From NCBI GenBank assembly GCA_963816185.1, contig CAWFJJ010000001.1:320001-384000 (forward strand): a stretch of 64,000 bases of DNA. The letters are read 5' to 3'. Of this stretch, positions 18,834 to 28,663 are shown piece by piece. Below the pieces are notes generated by a model. It was not told the DNA's origin, ran no database searches, and saw only the letters and a list, made by a program, of their open reading frames with translations. The DNA is from Thermoanaerobaculia bacterium (GTDB taxonomy: Bacteria; Acidobacteriota; Thermoanaerobaculia; UBA5066). Each line of letters starts with the position of its first letter. Position 1 is the stretch's first letter. The position numbers were made by a program, and so were the translations under genes.

Positions 18834-21416
18834 GTGTCCTCGTTCGGTGCTCGACTCGTCGCTCTCGGCCTCGTTCTCGTCGCTTCGCGTGCGGCGGCGC
18901 AGGGCTCCCTCCCGTGGCCCCGGATCGCGCTGACGCGCGTCGCGACCGGCTTCTCGAACCCCACCCAGGTGACGTCGGCGCACGACGGCACGGGCCGCCT
19001 CTTCGTCGTCGAGCAGAGGGGCCTCGTGAAGATCGTTAAGGACGGGGCCGTTCTGCCGACGCCGTTCCTCGACATCACCGACCGCGTGAGCGGTGGCGGC
19101 GAGCGCGGTCTTCTTTCGATCGTCTTCCCGCCGGGCCGCGCTCCGAAAGGCGAGTTCTACGCGGACTACACGGACGTCGCCGGCAACACGGCGGTCTCGC
19201 GATTTTTCGTCTCGGGCGATCCGAACGCGGCAAACGCGTCGTCCGAGGAGGTCCTGCTCAGAATCGTGCAGCCCTTCGCGAACCACAACGGCGGCCAGCT
19301 CGCGTTCGGGCCGGACGGGTACCTCTACATTGGGATGGGAGACGGCGGGTCGGCGGGCGATCCGAACAACAACGCTCAGAATCTCGAGAGTCTGCTCGGG
19401 AAGATTCTTCGAATGGATGTGCTGGGCGGGGCATCGCCCTATGGCATCCCGCCCGATAATCCTTTCGCAGGCTCTTCCTCCGCCCGTCCGGAAATCTGGG
19501 CCTATGGCCTCAGAAACCCGTGGCGGTTCTCGTTCGACCGCAAGACGGGCGACCTCTTCATCGGCGACGTGGGGCAGGGTGCGTGGGAGGAGGTCGACTT
19601 CCAGCCCGCGGGCAGCACCGGCGGCGAGAACTACGGGTGGCGGCTCTCGGAAGGAAATCACTGCTTCAACCCGTCCACGGGGTGCAGCTTCGCGGGCGTC
19701 ACGAGGCCCGTGGCCGAGTATGGGCACGTCGGCGGCAATTGCTCGATCACGGGCGGCTTCGTCTACCGCGGACGCGACTTCGCGCGCCTCTCCGGAATCT
19801 ACTTTTACGCGGACTACTGCAGCGGGCGCGTATGGGGCCTTCGCAACGGGGCCTTGGGCTGGGAGACTCAGGAGCTCCTGCAGCCCGGCTACGCCTTCAC
19901 GAGCCTCGGCGAGGATGACGCCGGCGAGGTCTACGCCGTGGACGGCACCTCGGGCGCCCTCTACCGGCTGGTGGACGCGGACGGGCCTCTGTCGGTCCTG
20001 ACCGTGCCGATCGTCGTCGACGTCAGCGGCCGGAACGGAACTCGCTTCGTCTCGGAAATCACGCTCGGGAACCGCGGGACCACGGACGCGTCCGTCGACG
20101 TGACATTCACGGCGGCGAGCGCTCTCCGGTCGACCGGAAGCGGCACGTTCACGACGACGGTCCCCGCGGGCCGGCAGCTCGTCTTCGCAGACGCCCTCCA
20201 GTGGCTGCGAAACAACGGTCTTCCCGTTCCGCTCGGCGACCAGGGCGGCACACTGCGCCTCGCGTACTCCGGGCTGTCGTCCGGCGACGCGGCGTTCGCA
20301 TCCGTGCGGACGCTCGCGGTGCTGCCCGGAGGCCGCGCGGGCCTCGCGTATCCGGCGCTCTCGCCCGTGGAGACTGCGGAGGCCGGAATCTCGATCTTCG
20401 GTCTGCGCGAGGACGCCGCGTTCCGGAGCAACCTCGCGCTCGTGAACGCGGCAGACCCGGCCGGAAAAACGAGCGTGCTCCTGCAGGTCACGCTCACGAG
20501 CGGCGACCCGGCCGACGCGCGGCGCTTCGCCCTCGCCCCCGTCAGCCTCGAGGCCGGGCAGTGGATGCAGCTCAACCAGGTCCTGCAGCGGGCGGGAATG
20601 ACGAACGGCTGGGCGACGGTCGAGCGCGTCGGCGGGGTCGATCCCTTCTACGCGTACGCCGTCGTCAACGACAACGTGACCGACGACGGCGCGTTCGTCG
20701 CGCCGGTCGCGGCCGGGCGGCGCGTATCAAGCCTGACGATACCGGCCGCAGTCCACACGTCCTCGTTCACGACCGAGCTCTGCTTGACGAATGCAGGTAC
20801 CGTTCCGATCCGACTCTCCTTCCGAGCCTTCTCGTCGCGAGACGTGGTTCTTCAGCCGCAGGAGCAGAGGTTCATTTCCGACATCCTCTCTTATCTCGAC
20901 GCCTCGGCCTCGGCCACGGCGCTCTGGATTTCTTCGAATGGTGGTGCAGCGGCGTTCCACGCGAGCGCGCGGACGTTCTCGTCCGCCGCGGGTGGGGGGA
21001 CATTCGGCGTGGCTTACGCGGGAATCTCGCGCGACGAGTCTCCTCTTTCGGAGGCATGGATCTACGGGCTGAAGCAAGACGGGCTGAGCCGTTCGAATGT
21101 CGCCCTCTCCGTCGTCGATGCGCCTTGGGTTTTTCCGTCGGACAATCCGCCTCCCAGCCCCATGACCGTCGATTTCTTCGACGGCGATTCGGGGTTATTC
21201 AGAGGGACCTCGGTCGTGCCGCTACGGCTTCGAGGGGACTGGCAGCAGGTGAATTCAGCGCTCTCGTCGTTCGGCATCCGCAACGGGTACGTGCGCGTTC
21301 GCGCTCCGGCTGGCAACTTCCAGCCCGTCCTCGTCTACGGCGTCGTCAACGACGGCGCCTCGCCGGGGCAGGGCACCGGGGACGGCAGCTATCTCGCGAT
21401 GACGTCCGTGAAGTAG
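18834..21416 (+). CDS. Glucose/sorbosone (PQQ-dependent) dehydrogenase beta-propeller with duplicated C-terminal domain
   Basis: RLFVVEQRG, GERGLL, NHNGGQLAFGPDGYLYIGMGDGG, IWAYGLRNPWRFSFD, ENYGW; GTG 18834 after GGAGG; C-terminal domain shared with other secreted proteins in the window. Confidence 0.87.
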   Translation: MSSFGARLVALGLVLVASRAAAQGSLPWPRIALTRVATGFSNPTQVTSAHDGTGRLFVVEQRGLVKIVKDGAVLPTPFLDITDRVSGGGERGLLSIVFPPGRAPKGEFYADYTDVAGNTAVSRFFVSGDPNAANASSEEVLLRIVQPFANHNGGQLAFGPDGYLYIGMGDGGSAGDPNNNAQNLESLLGKILRMDVLGGASPYGIPPDNPFAGSSSARPEIWAYGLRNPWRFSFDRKTGDLFIGDVGQGAWEEVDFQPAGSTGGENYGWRLSEGNHCFNPSTGCSFAGVTRPVAEYGHVGGNCSITGGFVYRGRDFARLSGIYFYADYCSGRVWGLRNGALGWETQELLQPGYAFTSLGEDDAGEVYAVDGTSGALYRLVDADGPLSVLTVPIVVDVSGRNGTRFVSEITLGNRGTTDASVDVTFTAASALRSTGSGTFTTTVPAGRQLVFADALQWLRNNGLPVPLGDQGGTLRLAYSGLSSGDAAFASVRTLAVLPGGRAGLAYPALSPVETAEAGISIFGLREDAAFRSNLALVNAADPAGKTSVLLQVTLTSGDPADARRFALAPVSLEAGQWMQLNQVLQRAGMTNGWATVERVGGVDPFYAYAVVNDNVTDDGAFVAPVAAGRRVSSLTIPAAVHTSSFTTELCLTNAGTVPIRLSFRAFSSRDVVLQPQEQRFISDILSYLDASASATALWISSNGGAAAFHASARTFSSAAGGGTFGVAYAGISRDESPLSEAWIYGLKQDGLSRSNVALSVVDAPWVFPSDNPPPSPMTVDFFDGDSGLFRGTSVVPLRLRGDWQQVNSALSSFGIRNGYVRVRAPAGNFQPVLVYGVVNDGASPGQGTGDGSYLAMTSVK

Positions 21417-21451
21417 GGTCGAAAACGGCCGGGAGCGTAAACTTCCGCGCC

Positions 21452-21784
21452 GTGAGAGCTGGTCTCGTCCGCGTCGCCGTGCTGGCCCTGCTCGCGCCGC
21501 TGGCGCTGGGCGGAGCGTTCGGGCACGTCGACGGCTTCGAGGTCCTCTCGCACGGCGCACACCTCTTCGCTCCCGACCATCCGGCCCACGCTCCGTTCGT
21601 CCCCGAGAAGGAACACCCGTGCGCAGCATGCGCCGTCGCGAATCTGACGCCTCCTGCTTTTGCGACCCTCCTCCTCGTTCCGCCGATCGTGGGGATCACT
21701 CGCGAGACGCAGTGGTCTTGGAGGGCGCCGACGCCCGCGCTTCCGGAACTCACTGGCCGCTCTCCGCCTATCCCGACCGCGTAG
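21452..21784 (+). CDS. Leader ORF 1 (110 aa): signal-like N-terminus, His-rich/CAAC core, C-terminal RSPP; DUF2946/CruR-like putative arrest peptide
   Basis: C-terminal part of track ORF 20201..21784; GTG 21452 lies 8 nt after TAAACT; paralog of 31965..32303 and 34991..35326. Confidence 0.8.
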   Translation: MRAGLVRVAVLALLAPLALGGAFGHVDGFEVLSHGAHLFAPDHPAHAPFVPEKEHPCAACAVANLTPPAFATLLLVPPIVGITRETQWSWRAPTPALPELTGRSPPIPTA

Positions 21785-21847
21785 ACGTTTTTCATTTCGT
21801 CCACGGTCGGGAGGCATAGCGCCTCCCCAATCGACACTCAGGGAGGC
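21766..21847 (+). promoter_or_regulatory. Putative four-segment translational attenuator (1:2 + 3:4 versus 2:3)
   Basis: TCCCGACCG 21771-79 pairs CGGTCGGGA 21804-12; GGGAGGC 21809-15 pairs GCCTCCC 21821-27, which alternatively pairs the SD GGGAGGC 21841-47. Confidence 0.65.
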
Positions 21848-21855
21848 TCGAAGAC

Positions 21856-22995
21856 ATGACCATTCGGTCATCACCGCTGAAAACGCTGTTCCTTCTTACT
21901 GTTCTCCTGCTCGCGGCGCATCCTGTCGCCGCGCAGACGGAACCTCCCCCGGCGGCGCCCGCACCCGACAGCCCGCCGCCTCAGGCGGGGGGCGGCGGAA
22001 GCCAGACGACGAACTACTTCAACCCCAGCGTCTCGGTCATCGGGAATTTCCTCGCCGTAGGGGGCCAGAACCAGGTTGAAAACCTGCCCAACGCGAGCCT
22101 GCGGGAATCGGAGCTCGGTCTCCAGGCGATCGTCGACCCATACGGGCGAGCCGATTTCTTTCTCTCCTTCGGCGAGCAGGGCGTCGAGGTGGAAGAGGGC
22201 TTCCTGACTTTCACCTCTCTGCCCGCGGGCCTGCTCGCGAAGGTGGGACGGATGCGCGTGTCGTTCGGCAAGATCAACACCCTTCACCTGCACGTGCTCC
22301 CGTGGCCGGACTCCCCCCTCCCGATCGTCAACCTCCTGGGAGGCGAGGAAGGGTGGATCGGAACGGGCGTCTCCCTCGCCGAGCTCGTGCCCTTGCCCGG
22401 AGATACGTTCTCGGAGATCACCGGACAGGTCTTCCGCGGGGATTCGGCGGGGTTGTTCGTCGCCCAGAAGCGGAGCGACCTCGCTTACAACGGGCACTAC
22501 CGGATCTTCCGCGACCTGAGCGACTCCACGAACCTCGACCTCGGTTTCTCCTACGGGCAGGGCCCGAACGGAATCGCCTCGAACGCGATGACGCGCCTCG
22601 AGGGAATCGATGCGACGTTTCGATGGAAGCCGCTCGTGCGCGGCACGTACCGCTCCGCTTCTTTGAGAGGGGAGTTCGTTCGCAGCAGGCGAGACCAGCC
22701 CGACGGCCGCCAGACGGCGCAAGGGTGGTTTCTCTCCGGCGAGTACCAGCTTGCCCAACGCTGGTTCGCCGGAGCGCGACTCGAGTCGTCCGACCACGCG
22801 GACGATTCCGCGAAGCGCGACACGGGCGTCGCCGCCACGCTGACCTTCTGGCCGAGCGAGTTCTCCCAGCTTCGCGGGGAGTTCCGGCGCCGCCGCTACG
22901 AAGGCTATCCGGGCGCGCCCGATATCTATACTGCCAACGAGGTCCTTCTCCAGGTGCAATTTGCGATCGGCGCGCACGGCGCGCATCCGTTCTGA
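21856..22995 (+). CDS. Putative zinc-regulated outer-membrane beta-barrel receptor/porin
   Basis: Signal peptide; FNPSVSVIGN, ELGLQAIVDPY, EVEEGFL, FGKINTLHLH, PSEFSQLR, C-terminal IGAHGAHPF; first gene of a ZnuA/ZnuB operon. Confidence 0.75.
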   Translation: MTIRSSPLKTLFLLTVLLLAAHPVAAQTEPPPAAPAPDSPPPQAGGGGSQTTNYFNPSVSVIGNFLAVGGQNQVENLPNASLRESELGLQAIVDPYGRADFFLSFGEQGVEVEEGFLTFTSLPAGLLAKVGRMRVSFGKINTLHLHVLPWPDSPLPIVNLLGGEEGWIGTGVSLAELVPLPGDTFSEITGQVFRGDSAGLFVAQKRSDLAYNGHYRIFRDLSDSTNLDLGFSYGQGPNGIASNAMTRLEGIDATFRWKPLVRGTYRSASLRGEFVRSRRDQPDGRQTAQGWFLSGEYQLAQRWFAGARLESSDHADDSAKRDTGVAATLTFWPSEFSQLRGEFRRRRYEGYPGAPDIYTANEVLLQVQFAIGAHGAHPF

Positions 22996-23005
22996 GGAAG
23001 GTTTC

Positions 23006-23920
23006 ATGAAAACGTTCAAGCTTCTGTTCGCCGCCCTTCTCCTTTCCTTCGCCTCGCCTCTCCTGGCGAAGATCCACGTCGTGTCGTCCCTCCAGGACTT
23101 CGCCTCGATCGCGGAGGCGATCGGGGGCGACCGGGTGGAGACGTACGCGCTGGCGAAGGGATATCAGGACCCGCATTTCGTGGACGCCAAGCCCTCGTTC
23201 ATCCTGAAGCTTTCCCGCGCCGACGTCCTGATCGTCGCCGGCCTCGAGCTCGAGATCGGATACCTGCCGCCGCTGATCGACCAGAGCCGCAACGACAGGA
23301 TTCACGTCGGCAGCGCCGGATATCTGGATGCTTCGATCGGCTGCGACATCCTCCAGCGGCCGACTCGGCAGGTCACACGCGCGATGGGTGACGTGCATCC
23401 GTACGGGAACCCGCACTACTGGACCGATCCGGAAAACGGCCGTGTGATCGCCTGGGCCGTCGCCGAGAAGCTGTCCGAGCTCGATCCCTCCGGGAAAGCC
23501 GTCTTCGAGAAGAACCTCGCCGCGTTCGAAGGGCTTCTGACCCAGAAAGAGAAGGAATGGAACGCGAAGATGGGTCCCTACGCGGGGACGAAGGTCGTGA
23601 CCTTCCACGACTCCTGGCCGAACTTCGCGAAGTACTTCAAGCTCGAAATCGCCGGGCACATCGAGCCGAAGCCGGGCATTCCGCCCACGCCCTCTCACAC
23701 ACTCGAGATCATCAACTTGATCCAGGCGCAGAAGATCCCGGTGATCCTCGTCGAACCCTACTTCGACAGCAAGACGCCGAAGTACATCGCACAGAAGACC
23801 GGCGCCGCGGTGGTCACGTTCTATCCGTCGGTCGGCGGGATACCGGAGATCAAGGACTACTTCGCGCTCTTCGATCACAACATCGACGCCTTCGTCGCGG
23901 CAAACAAGGCAAAGAAATAG
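23006..23920 (+). CDS. Metal ABC transporter substrate-binding protein (ZnuA/TroA family)
   Basis: QDPHFVDAKPS, GLELEIG, GDVHPYGNPHYWTDP, TFHDSW, IEPKPGIPPTPSH. Confidence 0.92.
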   Translation: MKTFKLLFAALLLSFASPLLAKIHVVSSLQDFASIAEAIGGDRVETYALAKGYQDPHFVDAKPSFILKLSRADVLIVAGLELEIGYLPPLIDQSRNDRIHVGSAGYLDASIGCDILQRPTRQVTRAMGDVHPYGNPHYWTDPENGRVIAWAVAEKLSELDPSGKAVFEKNLAAFEGLLTQKEKEWNAKMGPYAGTKVVTFHDSWPNFAKYFKLEIAGHIEPKPGIPPTPSHTLEIINLIQAQKIPVILVEPYFDSKTPKYIAQKTGAAVVTFYPSVGGIPEIKDYFALFDHNIDAFVAANKAKK

Positions 23921-23924
23921 ACAG

Positions 23925-24755
23925 ATGACGATCCTTCAGCTCCTCCTTCCTGCGTTCGTCGCGAGCCTCATCCTCACGGGAATCCACGCCTATCTCGGCG
24001 TTCACGTGGTCGAGCGGGGCGTCATCTTCGTGGACCTCTCGCTCGCGCAGATCGCGGCTCTCGGCACGACGGTCGCGTACCTCGCCGGATACGACCTGCA
24101 CTCCACGGCCGCTTACGTCTTCTCCCTCGGCTTCACGTTCCTAGGAGCCGCGATCTTCGCGTTCTCCCGCGTCCACCGTAAGACCCGCATCCCGCAGGAG
24201 GCGATCATCGGCATCGTCTACGCGGTCTCGGCGGCGGTCGCCATCCTCGTGATGTCGAAAGCGACGCAAGAGACGGAGCACCTGAAGGAGATGCTCGTCG
24301 GCAACATTCTTTCGGTGACGTGGGGGGAGCTGGCGAAGACCGCGTTTCTCTATTCCCTGGTGGGCCTGTTTCATTACATCTTCCGAAAGCGATTCCTCCT
24401 GATCTCGATGAACGAGCCGGAAGCGGAGCGGCAGGGCCTGAACATCCGGTGGTGGGACTTTCTCTTTTACATGTCCTTCGGATTCGTCGTGACGTCGTCG
24501 GTTGCGATCGCCGGCGTGCTCCTCGTCTTCTGCTTCCTCATCGTGCCTTCGGTGACCGCGATGCTCTTCGCCGAGCGGCTCGGGCCGAGACTCGCGATCG
24601 GCTGGACGATGGGAGTCGTCGTGTCGGCGCTCGGGGTGTGGTTCTCGTTTCAGCTCGACCTTCCGACCGGAGCGACCATCGTTGGAACCTTCGGGGCCGC
24701 GCTTCTCGTCATCGCGGGTTATCGGCGGGCGTTCCGGAAGCCGGCCGCCGCCTGA
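23925..24755 (+). CDS. Metal ABC transporter permease (ABC-3, ZnuB/MntB family)
   Basis: YLGVHVVERGVIFVDLSLAQIAALG, QEAIIGIVY, GVLLVFCFLIVP, LDLPTGATIV. Confidence 0.9.
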   Translation: MTILQLLLPAFVASLILTGIHAYLGVHVVERGVIFVDLSLAQIAALGTTVAYLAGYDLHSTAAYVFSLGFTFLGAAIFAFSRVHRKTRIPQEAIIGIVYAVSAAVAILVMSKATQETEHLKEMLVGNILSVTWGELAKTAFLYSLVGLFHYIFRKRFLLISMNEPEAERQGLNIRWWDFLFYMSFGFVVTSSVAIAGVLLVFCFLIVPSVTAMLFAERLGPRLAIGWTMGVVVSALGVWFSFQLDLPTGATIVGTFGAALLVIAGYRRAFRKPAAA

Positions 24756-24757
24756 CG

Positions 24758-25654
24758 TCACTTCGGCGCGCTCTCCGCCACGAGGCGCAGCTTCGTTCCG
24801 CCTCCGCGACCGTCGATGACGTACGTCGTGAACCGGGGAACGAGCCGGCCGGCCGTCTCGAGCCAGAGCCGCGAGCGCAGAAGAGCGGGGTCAGCGGCCG
24901 CTTCACGCGCGAGGGCGGCGAAGCGATTCGAGTCGCCTCGTGCCGCCTCGACGCGCTGAACGCGCACGGCCTCGGTGTCCTCGATCAGCGCTTGCGCCTC
25001 GCCCCGCGCCTTGGACGCGAGCTCGTCGGAATAGGCTCGCGCGTCGTTCTGAAGGCGCTCGCGGTCGGCCGCGGCGTTCTGCACGGACTGGAAGGCCGCA
25101 ATCACGGGGGGCGCAGGGTCGAGCGAACGCCAGGCTGCGGAGATCACGACGACGCCGAGCCTGCGGCCGTCCGCCTCGCGCTGAACGCGTGCACGAACTC
25201 TCTCCAGGAGGGCCGTTCGCCCGGACGAGAGGACGTCGTCCACCGGGCTCGCTCCGAGCTCCTCGGTCAGCGCCCGTTCGCCTTCCCGCTTCAGGACGCC
25301 CGACACATCGATGGCGCTGACCAGGAACCGGACCGGATCCGCGATCCGATACTGCAGGGCGCACTCGGCGACGAGGAGGTTCGTGTCCCCCGTGAGGAAG
25401 GAGCCGGCCTGCGCGGCGCCGCTCGAATTCGCGTCCGCGCCGCCCGCCGAGACCGTGAAGGTGCGCGTGACCTCCACGCGCACGATCCGGTCGACGAGGG
25501 GGATTCTCGTCCTCAGCCCGGGTCCGAGCGTCGCTTTCAGCGGAGAGCCGAAGCGGAAGACGACGGCCCGTTCCGCGGGCCCCACGAGGTATGACGACGA
25601 AAGGAGGACTGCGAGGCCGGCAGACGCCACGAGAACGAGCGCGACCCTCTTCAC
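24758..25654 (-). CDS. HflK-like SPFH/band-7 protein
   Basis: TM, then YLVGPAERAVVFRFG, LGPGL, FLTGDTNLL, YRIADP, VIAAFQSVQNA, ARGEA; GTGA overlap with the upstream gene. Confidence 0.85.
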   Translation of the reverse strand: MKRVALVLVASAGLAVLLSSSYLVGPAERAVVFRFGSPLKATLGPGLRTRIPLVDRIVRVEVTRTFTVSAGGADANSSGAAQAGSFLTGDTNLLVAECALQYRIADPVRFLVSAIDVSGVLKREGERALTEELGASPVDDVLSSGRTALLERVRARVQREADGRRLGVVVISAAWRSLDPAPPVIAAFQSVQNAAADRERLQNDARAYSDELASKARGEAQALIEDTEAVRVQRVEAARGDSNRFAALAREAAADPALLRSRLWLETAGRLVPRFTTYVIDGRGGGTKLRLVAESAPK

Positions 25655-26559
25655 TTGTGCGACTCCCGGGGGTTTGGCGGCCCGTCGACCAGAACCTTGA
25701 GCAGGGGAGAATCGGCCGGGAGCACCGCGGTCGTCCCAGTCGCGAGCATCTTCTCGTACGCGTCGAGGGCCTGGACCAGCCGGTACAGCTCCCGATCCTT
25801 CGCCGCGGCGGCGGCGTAGAGACGTGCCGCCTCGGCTTCCCCTGCGCCGCGGGCCTCGGCGGCCTTGCGCGTGGCGTCGGCGAGAAGCTTCGCCTTGTCG
25901 CGCTCGGCCTCCGCACGGATCCGCAGCGCCTGCTCCTCGCCTTCCGAGCGGAGGCGCCGGGCGATCCTCTCTCGCTCCGACCGCATTCGTTCGAAGACGC
26001 TGGCGAGGTTCTGTTCCGGGAATCCCAGCCTCTTCACCGCGAGCTCTTCGACGACGATGCCGTAATCCTCGGCCGCGCGGGACCGGACCCTGCCCTCGAC
26101 CGACGCGGCGAGGTCGGAGAGTTTCGCCTCGCCTGGCTTGGCGGAGATCAACTGGCTCATCGGGACGGTTCCAAGAGCCGCCGCGAGCTCCGAAGAGGAG
26201 AGATCCGCCAGGCGCGCTTCGGCCGCCTCGCGTCCGGCAAGGGTCTCGAGAAAACGCTTCGGATCGGCGATCCGCCACAAGAGGAAAGTCTCGACGGCGA
26301 GGTTCTTCTTGTCCTGCGTGAGGAACTCCGCGGCCGGCGGATCGAACGGCTGGAGGCGCTTGTCCAGACGTGTGACTCCGTCGACGAACGGCATTCGCAC
26401 GTGGAGACCCGCGTCCGTCACGATCTCGATGGGACGCCCGAACCGTGTGCGAACCACTTGCTCCGTCGCCTCCACGACATAGAGTGACCGCCATGCGACG
26501 AGTACGACGAGCAAGGCCCATGCGATCCGCGCGAGAGCTGCCCGATTCACTTTGATCAT
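25651..26559 (-). CDS. HflC-like SPFH protein
   Basis: LYVVEATEQVVRTRFGRP, AGLHVRMPF, FLTQDKKNL, WRIADP, VFERMRSERERIARRLRSEGEE, RGAGEAEAARLY. Confidence 0.88.
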   Translation of the reverse strand: MIKVNRAALARIAWALLVVLVAWRSLYVVEATEQVVRTRFGRPIEIVTDAGLHVRMPFVDGVTRLDKRLQPFDPPAAEFLTQDKKNLAVETFLLWRIADPKRFLETLAGREAAEARLADLSSSELAAALGTVPMSQLISAKPGEAKLSDLAASVEGRVRSRAAEDYGIVVEELAVKRLGFPEQNLASVFERMRSERERIARRLRSEGEEQALRIRAEAERDKAKLLADATRKAAEARGAGEAEAARLYAAAAAKDRELYRLVQALDAYEKMLATGTTAVLPADSPLLKVLVDGPPNPRESHK

Positions 26560-26566
26560 GAGGTCC

Positions 26567-28663
26567 TCATTCAGAAGGCGCCGCGGGAGGCTTCGTGGAA
26601 GTCGGCGCTGGAACGACTCCGGCCCGTCCGGGTGGCGTTATCCAGAGCTCGACGCCCGGGAATCGGCGTGGATCGGGAAGAATGAACTTGGGAGCCGCCC
26701 CAAGGGCGCGCGCCATCCGCTCCCAGTAGAGGCGCTGGGCGACGAGCCCTCCGAAGTGATGCGAAGACGCCGCGAGCTTCTCGAACACGTGTGCATCGGA
26801 GGCGGCCTGGCTCGTCACGAGAAGGCGCTGCGCGTCCGCAGCCAGGACTTGCCTGGCCGCCTCGCCCGCGGCAAGGCGTACGGTGGATTCCTGCTCGACG
26901 AGGGCCCGATTTCGCGTCGTCGTCCGGTCCTCGGCCGCAGAGGCCACGTCCCGGAAGGCCGCGTGCACCTCGTCCGGTGCGTGGACGTAGAGGAGCTCCA
27001 CGGCGAGCGCTTTCACGCCGAGCGTCTCCTCCAGGCGTGCCGCCTTTAGCCGGGCGAGAACTGCGCCTTCGACTCCTGCGCGGCCCGACGCGTAGAGCGC
27101 GTCGAGCTCGGTGCCGGCGATCTCCGACGTCATGGCCGCGCGGGCGACCCCCCGGAGCGATCGTTCGACGTCGGATGGCCCGAAGGCGAAGCGGGTGGGG
27201 TCGACGACACGCCACAAGATCGAGGCGGTGGCGTCGACGACGCTTTCGTCTCCCGTCACGTAACGGGATTCGGAAAGAACCCGATTCCCCGCCAGCGGAT
27301 ACAGATCCGCCGCGGCCTTTCCGGTCCGGTAGCCGAGTTCCAGGACATGCATGCGACCAACCGAGATGCGCCGCGAGATGCCGATCGGCCACGGAAGGAG
27401 CACGTGCCCGCCTGGCTCTCGTGGTTCTCCGACCGGACGCCCGAACGCAGTGACGATCCCACGCTCTCCGGGTCGCACGACGAAGAAGGCAGTCGAGACC
27501 CAGAAGACCAAGAGCACGAGACCAGCCATCCGCACGATCAGCCTCCACGGAATTCGCGGCCGCAGGACGCCGAGAAGAACGCGGGCCTCGCGGAGCCCGG
27601 CACGCATCTCGCCCCACGCGTGCTTGAAGCTGCCTCGCCTCACGCTGAGCACGAGAAGCACGACAAAGGCGAGCGCGGCGAGGATCTCCAGCCAGACGAG
27701 CGTGCCGCTCGGCGCTTCCGAGCCGGGCCCCATGAGCGTCGCGGCGCTGCGGGAGACCAGCGTGTCGAACGCCAGGCCGGCGAGCATCGCGACCGCGAAG
27801 ACCGCGCCGAGATAGAGAGCGAGGATCCGGCGGCCGAAGAGCCGTGCCACGACGGCCAGGGTCGGCAGGTTCGTCGCCGGGCCTGTGAGCATGTAGACGA
27901 GTCCGGCTCCGGGGCTCAACCCTTTCGCGATGAGGACCGCGGCGACAGGCGTCGAGCCGCTCGCGCACACGTAGGTCGGGATGCCCGCGAGGGCGGCCGC
28001 CGCCATGCCCAGGACGGGATTCGGAAAGAAGCGGGCGAGCGAGTCCGGTCCAAGACTGGCGTCGAGGAGCGCCGAGAGAACGAATGCGAGGGTCAGCCAG
28101 GGCGCCAGCTCGTCGAAGATCTCGACGAAGCCACGCCGAAGAGCGCGCTCGAACCTCTCGCGAAGAGAGGTTTCCCGTTGGGCCGATTCCGGCATTTCGT
28201 CCGGGGCTTCCGGGTGCTCCGGTTCCGGGTCTGTCACCGGCTCCGAATCCACCCGGCGACGCGCGGTCACGAGCGTGAGAACGCCCGCCACGAGGGCCGT
28301 TGCGACGGCGGCCACGGGCCGGGCGATCATCATGGCGGGGCCCAGGTAGCCGTATGTCAGAAGGATGGAATCGATTCCGGTCTCGGGAGTCGAGATCAGA
28401 AACGCGACGACCGCTCCCGGGCTGGCGCCCTTCCTCCGGAGCTCCCGCGCCGCCGGGACTACGCTGCACGAGCACAAGGGAAGCGGCACCCCGAGAAGCG
28501 TCCCGAGGAAGACCGGTCGAAGACCGCCGCCGCCGAGAAGGTGAGTGATCCGGTCGGCGCGAACGAACTCGGCGAGGATGCCGGCCAGAAGGAAGCCGCC
28601 CAGGAGGAACAGGCTTCCGCCCAGGAAGACTCGGATCAGCGCCGACGTGAAAGTTCCGATCAT
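26567..28663 (-). CDS. DUF318/ArsP-type (SO_0444-like) permease fused to a C-terminal HflK-like SPFH domain
   Basis: GVPLPLCSCSVVP, AFLISTPETGIDS, GIPTYVCASGSTP, GLSPGAGLVYMLTGPATN; then FVVRPGERGIVTAFG, YVTGDESVVD, HAPDEVHAAFRDVASAAED, all in one frame; ATGA overlap at 28660-28663. Confidence 0.85.
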   Translation of the reverse strand: MIGTFTSALIRVFLGGSLFLLGGFLLAGILAEFVRADRITHLLGGGGLRPVFLGTLLGVPLPLCSCSVVPAARELRRKGASPGAVVAFLISTPETGIDSILLTYGYLGPAMMIARPVAAVATALVAGVLTLVTARRRVDSEPVTDPEPEHPEAPDEMPESAQRETSLRERFERALRRGFVEIFDELAPWLTLAFVLSALLDASLGPDSLARFFPNPVLGMAAAALAGIPTYVCASGSTPVAAVLIAKGLSPGAGLVYMLTGPATNLPTLAVVARLFGRRILALYLGAVFAVAMLAGLAFDTLVSRSAATLMGPGSEAPSGTLVWLEILAALAFVVLLVLSVRRGSFKHAWGEMRAGLREARVLLGVLRPRIPWRLIVRMAGLVLLVFWVSTAFFVVRPGERGIVTAFGRPVGEPREPGGHVLLPWPIGISRRISVGRMHVLELGYRTGKAAADLYPLAGNRVLSESRYVTGDESVVDATASILWRVVDPTRFAFGPSDVERSLRGVARAAMTSEIAGTELDALYASGRAGVEGAVLARLKAARLEETLGVKALAVELLYVHAPDEVHAAFRDVASAAEDRTTTRNRALVEQESTVRLAAGEAARQVLAADAQRLLVTSQAASDAHVFEKLAASSHHFGGLVAQRLYWERMARALGAAPKFILPDPRRFPGVELWITPPGRAGVVPAPTSTKPPAAPSE

